From: a virus
Direction: 5' to 3' (one strand)
DNA: 64,000 nucleotides
IMG/VR virus record: IMGVR_UViG_3300045988_153285
Location: 1 to 64,000 of that record
A program made the position numbers and the translations under genes. Position 1 is the first letter of the stretch, and the number at the start of each line of letters is the position of its first letter. This document shows, piece after piece, positions 58,393-64,000 of this stretch. The notes beneath the pieces are model-generated. The model was not told where the DNA came from and searched no databases. It worked only from the letters and a program-made list of their open reading frames with translations.

Positions 58393-59161
58393 ATGCAAAT
58401 AAATTTGATTAAAGGTGATTGTTTAGAAAAGATGAAAGATATATCTGATAAGAGTATAGATATGATTTTATGCGATTTACCATATGGGACAACTAAAAAT
58501 AAATGGGACTCAATCATTCCTTTAGATAAGCTGTGGGAACAATATAATAGAGTTGTTAAAGATAATGGAGCGATAATATTGTTTGCACAAACTCCATTTG
58601 ATAAAGTTTTAGGATATAGCAATTTAAAAATGTTAAAATATGAATGGATATGGGAAAAGACTTCGGCCACTGGTTATTTAAACGCCAAAAAGATGCCGAT
58701 GAAAGCCCATGAGAACATATTGGTATTTTATAAAAAATTACCTACATATAATCCACAAAAGACTACTGGACACAAAAGAAAAGTGAGTAAAGCAGAACAT
58801 AAAATTAATTGTGTTAAAACAACTAATTATGGAGTTCATGATTTGACTACATATGATAGCACAGAAAGATATCCAAGAAGTGTACAAGTTTTTAAAACTG
58901 ATAAACAAAAAGAGGCTTTACACCCCACTCAAAAAACCAGTAGAGTTATTAGAGTATCTAATTAAGACTTATACCAACAAAAATGAAACTGTACTGGATA
59001 ACACAATGGGTTCAGGATCTACAGGCGTAGCTTGTGTAAATACAAAAAGAAACTTTATAGGCATTGAATTAGAGGACGATTATTTTGATATAGCAAAAAA
59101 CAGAATTGATACATATATAGAAGATAATAAAATAGAAAATATTGAATTAAATATAAATTAA
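58393..59161 (+). pseudogene. beta-class N6A/N4C DNA methyltransferase split at an A6 run
   Basis: Motif IV (CDLPYG) is in ORF 58393-58965 and motif I (DNTMGSGSTG) is in ORF 58853-59161. HPTQK|PVELLEYL is restored if the A-run at 58931-58936 were A5. Confidence 0.75.
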
Positions 59162-59220
59162 TAAAATAATAAAATAAGTGATTTATTAAAAATAAATTAA
59201 AATAAAAAGGAGATAGACGG

Positions 59221-60165
59221 ATGAAATATTTTGAATTATTTGCAGGGACAGGTATAGGAGGACTAGCATTAGATAGAAATGGATTTAAAAATGTAGGATA
59301 TTCCGAATATGATACGTATGCCATTAAGAATTATGAAGCTAATTTTCCAGGAAGAGTTAACTATGGAGATATAACAAAAATTAATGAAAAAGAATTACCT
59401 AATTTTGATCTATTAATAGGTGGCTCACCATGTCAAGATATAAGTATAATGCGAAAAACTTGGACGGAAGGTAATACAGAAGGGTTGCAGGGGAATGAAA
59501 GTAAATTATTCTTTGATTATGCGAGAATATTAAACTATAAATTACCAAAATGGTTTATATTTGAGAATGTTCAGAATTTAACTACATGTAATAACGGGGA
59601 AGACTGGGATATAGTCAAAACCGCTTTAGAGAGAAATTATTTTATAAAGTATAAAATATTAGATACTAAAAATTATAATATACCTCAAACTAGAAGAAGA
59701 ATATACATACTTGGACAAAGAAAAGATTTGGGAGAATTTAATTATGAATTTCCTAAACCATTGAAATTAAACAAAACAGTATTTGATCTATTAGAAAGAA
59801 ATGTTGATGATAAATATTATTTAAGTGATAAAATGTATGACTATGTTATGAAAGAAGGTACTGGGAACTTTAAGCAAAAGCCTGAGACTGATCTTGAAAT
59901 TGCTAGACCTCTTACAGCTACTATGCATAAAATGCACAGAGCTGGAACGGATAATTATTATCATACTAACTATAAGCCAAATAATAAAACAAATTTAAGA
60001 AAATTAACACCTAGGGAATGTGCTAGACTACAAGGTTTGGATGATACATATAAAATAGTAGTTAGTGACACAAGGGCTTATAAATTAATGGGAAATGCTA
60101 TGAGTCTAAATGTTATTGAAGCAATAGTTAAAGAATTATTGGAATACATAAATAAATTAAAATAA
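59221..60165 (+). CDS. DNA cytosine-5 methyltransferase
   Basis: Motifs FAGTGIGG, SPCQDIS, ENV, QTRRR and GNAM. Confidence 0.9.
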   Translation: MKYFELFAGTGIGGLALDRNGFKNVGYSEYDTYAIKNYEANFPGRVNYGDITKINEKELPNFDLLIGGSPCQDISIMRKTWTEGNTEGLQGNESKLFFDYARILNYKLPKWFIFENVQNLTTCNNGEDWDIVKTALERNYFIKYKILDTKNYNIPQTRRRIYILGQRKDLGEFNYEFPKPLKLNKTVFDLLERNVDDKYYLSDKMYDYVMKEGTGNFKQKPETDLEIARPLTATMHKMHRAGTDNYYHTNYKPNNKTNLRKLTPRECARLQGLDDTYKIVVSDTRAYKLMGNAMSLNVIEAIVKELLEYINKLK

Positions 60166-60247
60166 AAAATATTAGAGAGAGCTAACAAAATAAATTGATA
60201 AAATTAATCTTTTATAGAAAATAATAAACTAAAAGGAGGAAATAAGA

Positions 60248-60970
60248 ATGGTTTATATGGGAAGTAAGAATAGATTAGCAAAATGTTTAGTGCCAATAAT
60301 ACAAAATTATATAACAGAAGATACAAGAGGATATTTAGAACCATTTGTAGGTGGTGCAAATATGATTGATAAGATACAATGCAACAATAAAATAGGTTGC
60401 GATATACATAAACCATTAATAGCATTATTGAACAAAGCAAAAGATGATAGTGAATCTTTGCCAACGAATATAACAAAAGAAGAATATGAGGACGTTAAAA
60501 ATAATAAGGAGAGTTACGAAGATTGGTATGTAGGATTAGTCGGTTTCTGTTCTAGTTTTGGCGCTAAGTATTTTGGTGGATATGCAAAAGCTAATGATAA
60601 GAGAAACAGACAATTAGAGATGATAAATAATTTAAAGAAACAATCACCTAATTTAAAAAATATAGAGTTTAAATGTTGTGATTTTCTTGATTTGCCAAAA
60701 GAAGATATAAAAGGATATGTTATTTATTGCGATCCACCATATAAAGGGACAACCAAGTATAAGACAGAAGAATTTCCATATGAAGAATTTTATGAATGGT
60801 GCAAAGAAATGTCAATACATAATACAGTTTTAATTAGTGAATATAATATGCCCGATGATTTTGAATGCATATGGGAGAAAGATCTTAAAACTTCTTTGGG
60901 TAGTGGTGTTAATAAAGAGAGTGATAGAAATAGAACTGAAAGATTATATACATATAAAATAACTAAATAA
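60248..60970 (+). CDS. Dam-family (alpha-class) N6-adenine DNA methyltransferase
   Basis: GSKNRL, EPFVGGANM and CDPPY. Confidence 0.8.
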   Translation: MVYMGSKNRLAKCLVPIIQNYITEDTRGYLEPFVGGANMIDKIQCNNKIGCDIHKPLIALLNKAKDDSESLPTNITKEEYEDVKNNKESYEDWYVGLVGFCSSFGAKYFGGYAKANDKRNRQLEMINNLKKQSPNLKNIEFKCCDFLDLPKEDIKGYVIYCDPPYKGTTKYKTEEFPYEEFYEWCKEMSIHNTVLISEYNMPDDFECIWEKDLKTSLGSGVNKESDRNRTERLYTYKITK

Positions 60971-61015
60971 AATCAACCTTTTATAAAAAATAAATTAAAA
61001 ATGGAGGAATTATAA

Positions 61016-61588
61016 TGAGTGCAACTAACCGAGGAGCAGAAAGAAAGGCGTATGATTTTTATGCTACACCAATAGATGTTGTTTTAAACTTTTTGGAAAA
61101 ACAAAATATATCAAAATTAAATCAAGGTGGGGGGGGTAATTCTTGAACCATCTGCAGGGAATGGAAATATAATAAAAGCATTGAATACATATTATAAAGA
61201 TAGAAAAATAGAGGCTTGCGAAATTAGGCAGGAAGAAGAATTGGGATTAAAAGAGATTTCAGATGAAGTAATTATAGGGAATTTCTTAGAATTAGACATT
61301 GATAAGAAATATGATGTTATAATAGGTAATCCACCTTATAGTTTGGCAAGGGAGTTTGTAGAAAAATCTTTAAACAGCTTAAAAGATGATGGCGTATTGA
61401 TATTTCTTTTAAGAACAGCTTTCTTGGAAAGTAAATCTAGGTATGAATTTTGGCAAAAGAATCCTTTGAGTGGATTGTATACATTAAGTAAGAGACCAAG
61501 TTTCACAGGGAAAGGTACTGATGCAACATCTTATAGTTGGTTTGTTTGGGATAAAGGTTCAGATAAACAAACAATTAAAGTTATATAA
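61016..61588 (+). pseudogene. gamma-class N6-adenine DNA methyltransferase interrupted at a G8 tract (out of frame as sequenced)
   Basis: The ATG at 61016 gives MSATNRGAERKAYDFYATPIDVV...NQGGGGNS-stop. The frame with LEPSAGNGN and GNPPYS resumes at the G-run 61128-61135. G7 would give one ORF. Confidence 0.65.
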
Positions 61589-61600
61589 GGAGAATTTTAA

Positions 61601-61774
61601 ATGTATAAATGTAATAATTGTGGAAATGAGAAATATTTCGAAGAAACTAATATTATTAAAATTTTTGTATTACAAGATGAAGATGGTAATATAAACACTT
61701 CAAGTGATAAATTTTTATATAACCAAAATGTGATTTGTTCAAAATGTAAAAGAGTAATAGAGAATAAATCTTAA
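61601..61774 (+). CDS. small zinc-ribbon protein (57 aa)
   Basis: Contains CNNC...CSKC. RBS AAGGAG. Confidence 0.45.
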   Translation: MYKCNNCGNEKYFEETNIIKIFVLQDEDGNINTSSDKFLYNQNVICSKCKRVIENKS

Positions 61775-61803
61775 AATAATTATATATAAATTAATAAAAT
61801 AAA

Positions 61804-61832
61804 TTGACAACTCATTTCCGAAATGTTATCAT
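61804..61832 (+). promoter_or_regulatory. promoter TTGACA-17-TATCAT (TG-extended)
   Basis: Junction motif at 61788-61799. Confidence 0.55.
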
Positions 61833-61893
61833 GAATAGTAGTAATTAACAGATAAGGAGTGAGTTGTAAAAAAAATTAAAGAGGTAGAACAGT

Positions 61894-62535
61894 ATGGAAT
61901 TAGGGAGATATAAACATAAAATAACTGAGAAAGAATTTAAAAGTGCAACTAATGTGTGCAAAAGGTTGGCTAGAGAATATTATGAAAAGAATGATAGATA
62001 TACATACGAAGAATATTTAAGTACGGCATATTATGGGTTATCAAGGGCTATTAAATATTATGATAGCAGGAAAGCATCGTTTATTAGATTAATTTATATA
62101 TGCTGTGAACAAGATTTAGCAATGATGATTAATACAATAGATAAAAAATATAATCAAAATAAAAGAGAATTTGAACCTAAAATAGTTGCAGATTATAGTT
62201 TGAATGAGGTTATTAAAACAGAAAAGAGCTTAAACAACACCGACAATACATTAGAAGATCTCATTGGAGATAAAAGAGTAGATTATACATATATAGAGGT
62301 AAAAGATTATATACATACAATATTCAATAGTTTTTATGAAAATATAAATCCTAAAATGAAAAGATTTAAAGTTAATAAAGATAGAGATATAAGATTAATA
62401 GAGTTGATTGTAAAAGGCTACACAGTAATGGAGGCTAGTAATATTATAGGTATTTCTAATCAGTTGGCAAATAGTATAATAAAGAAATTTAGAAATTATG
62501 CCATAGAAAATAACTTGAAATATAATATAAATTAA
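61894..62535 (+). CDS. sigma-70-family (ECF/phage-type) sigma factor
   Basis: Region 2-like segment reads YLSTAYYGLSRAIKYYDSRKASFIRLIYICCEQDL. Region 4 HTH reads GYTVMEASNIIGISNQLANSIIKKF. Confidence 0.6.
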   Translation: MELGRYKHKITEKEFKSATNVCKRLAREYYEKNDRYTYEEYLSTAYYGLSRAIKYYDSRKASFIRLIYICCEQDLAMMINTIDKKYNQNKREFEPKIVADYSLNEVIKTEKSLNNTDNTLEDLIGDKRVDYTYIEVKDYIHTIFNSFYENINPKMKRFKVNKDRDIRLIELIVKGYTVMEASNIIGISNQLANSIIKKFRNYAIENNLKYNIN

Positions 62536-62577
62536 CAAAATAAAAGATAGGTTTTATTGAAAGCAAGGAGGTATAAA

Positions 62578-62793
62578 ATGAAGCAGCAGGAATATTATGT
62601 GACGTTAAAGTTAAAAATTGAATCTGATCCAATCCAGGAAGAAGACTTATTAACTAAAGAAATAATCGATGATAGATTTAAACAAAGAATGAGTTGTATA
62701 TTTGATGAGGAGACTATTGAAGTTAAGGAATTTAAAAGCAAGTTAAAAGTTAAGGAGGTGGAAAATAAAAATGAGCGAGAAACAGATTTATAG
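62578..62793 (+). CDS. hypothetical protein
   Basis: RBS AAGGAGG followed by the ATG at 62578. Confidence 0.45.
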   Translation: MKQQEYYVTLKLKIESDPIQEEDLLTKEIIDDRFKQRMSCIFDEETIEVKEFKSKLKVKEVENKNERETDL

Positions 62794-62860
62794 ACATTAC
62801 CAACAAGGGTTTATTTCAAATGAAGAATTAAAGAGTTGGATTAAAAAAATAAATACATAA
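62771..62860 (+). CDS. possible 29-aa overlapping mini-ORF
   Basis: RBS GGAGGTGG sits 9 nt before the ATG. Very short. Confidence 0.25.
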   Translation: MSEKQIYRHYQQGFISNEELKSWIKKINT

Positions 62861-62901
62861 TAGTTGAATTATAAAAATTAACAAAATAAAGGAGAAGGTA
62901 A

Positions 62902-63057
62902 ATGACAAAATGTTATTTTTGCGGAGAAGAAATGATGTGGAATATTGATTACACAAAAGAAGATTATGGCATGGAAGGAACAGGGCTTATTGTTAGTTTA
63001 AGTTGTTCGAATTGCGGTGCTAGTTGTGATTTTTATGAAGGGGAGGAAGAAGAATAA
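62902..63057 (+). CDS. small zinc-ribbon protein (51 aa)
   Basis: Contains CYFC...CSNC. The stop abuts the next ATG. Confidence 0.45.
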   Translation: MTKCYFCGEEMMWNIDYTKEDYGMEGTGLIVSLSCSNCGASCDFYEGEEEE

Positions 63058-63948
63058 ATGAGAGTTTTAAGTTTATGTGATGGAGTTTCGGGAGGACAAC
63101 AAGCATTTGATATGCTTGGAATAAAATTTAATGGAGTAGAAAATACGTACTATGCGAGTGAAATAGCCGAATATAGTATAAAAGTTACACAGAAAAATTA
63201 TCCTACAACCATACAACTTGGAGATATGACAGCATTGACAAATGATTTTTTTGACAGTTTGGGTGAAATTGATATTTTACTTTCAGGCACACCATGTAAA
63301 TCGTTAAGCCGTACTCACATAGGTAATTATAATGAAGGCTTAGATGGATCTTCTAAATTATTTTGGGATTTTGTAAGAATAAAAGATTATATAAAACCTA
63401 AATATTTCTTATTTGAAAATGTAGAAAGTATGAAAGACAGTGATAGAGATATAATTACAGAGGCACTAGGTGTTGAACCAATTATGATTAATAGCAGTTT
63501 ATTTACTGCGCAGGATAGAAAAAGATATTATTGGACTAATATACCTATATTACCATTACCAGAAGAAAGCTCATCGGTATTAAAAGATATAATGATACAT
63601 AATCCAGAAGAGAAATTGTTTTATAAGCAAGATTTTGAATTTCATGGCTGGGATAAAAAACAGATAGCAACTTTAAATTTAAAATGCCATGACATAGGTA
63701 AAAGAGTTTATAATCCAAATATGAAATGTGCTACTTTAACTGCTGTAACAGGTGGATATCAAGAAAAGAAGGTTTATGATAATGGAAGGTGTAGAAAATT
63801 AACTCCATTAGAATATGAAAGGTTGCAGGGTATGAAAGATAATTATACTGAGGGTATAGCTAATTCAAAAAGATATTGTGCTTGTGGTGATGGATGGACT
63901 ATACCTGTAATAGCACATATATTAAAGGGTTTAAAAGAATACATATAA
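63058..63948 (+). CDS. DNA cytosine-5 methyltransferase (second, divergent)
   Basis: Motifs LCDGVSGG, GTPCKSLS, ENV, QDRKR, TPLEYERLQG and GDGW. Confidence 0.8.
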   Translation: MRVLSLCDGVSGGQQAFDMLGIKFNGVENTYYASEIAEYSIKVTQKNYPTTIQLGDMTALTNDFFDSLGEIDILLSGTPCKSLSRTHIGNYNEGLDGSSKLFWDFVRIKDYIKPKYFLFENVESMKDSDRDIITEALGVEPIMINSSLFTAQDRKRYYWTNIPILPLPEESSSVLKDIMIHNPEEKLFYKQDFEFHGWDKKQIATLNLKCHDIGKRVYNPNMKCATLTAVTGGYQEKKVYDNGRCRKLTPLEYERLQGMKDNYTEGIANSKRYCACGDGWTIPVIAHILKGLKEYI

Positions 63949-64000
63949 TAAAAAATAACAAAATTAAAATATTAATAAAACTAACATTTTATCAGGAAAA

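Noticed and set aside
4018-61135. Reading all three homopolymer-split genes (4018-4023, 58931-58936, 61128-61135) as programmed frameshifting.
   Set aside because: Three single-base homopolymer breaks in one 64-kb window are also the signature of homopolymer sequencing errors. Without read data I cannot distinguish the two. I flag only the G8 tract as intrinsically suggestive.

Overview
This is an AT-rich Firmicutes (Clostridium-like) phage-plasmid segment. Bases 1-29400, on the minus strand, hold a late/structural block: small and large terminase, portal, scaffold, capsid, tail genes and a tape measure. Upstream of it lies an SPbeta-like trio: a YonO-like single-subunit RNA polymerase, an HU protein and a small YonK-position protein. 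Bases 29600-37100 are a plasmid-maintenance core. It contains a TubR/TubZ partition system with a divergent MerR/coiled-coil TubY-like gene and a complex iteron centromere, a VirB3/VirB4-like module, and a RepA-type initiator with six 22-bp iterons and a DnaA box. Bases 38500-64000, on the plus strand, are an accessory block of many small genes. It includes a MazF-like toxin, a TPR protein, a secreted-peptide cassette, an antirepressor, a tyrosine recombinase, a DGQHR/ParB-like protein with a degenerate recombinase, a sigma factor and five DNA methyltransferases. The main unexplained signals are listed below.
- A strand-specific ATAAATTAAYAAAA motif sits at about 30 gene junctions.
- Two ORF-free, G/C-richer candidate RNAs (about 0.9 kb and 0.45 kb) share an exact 14-mer.
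- The tape measure gene appears to be interrupted by an intron-like sequence.
- Three genes are split at homopolymer runs, one of them G8.
- A stretch of about 230 nt is almost free of G.
All family assignments come from reading motifs by eye. No searches were run.
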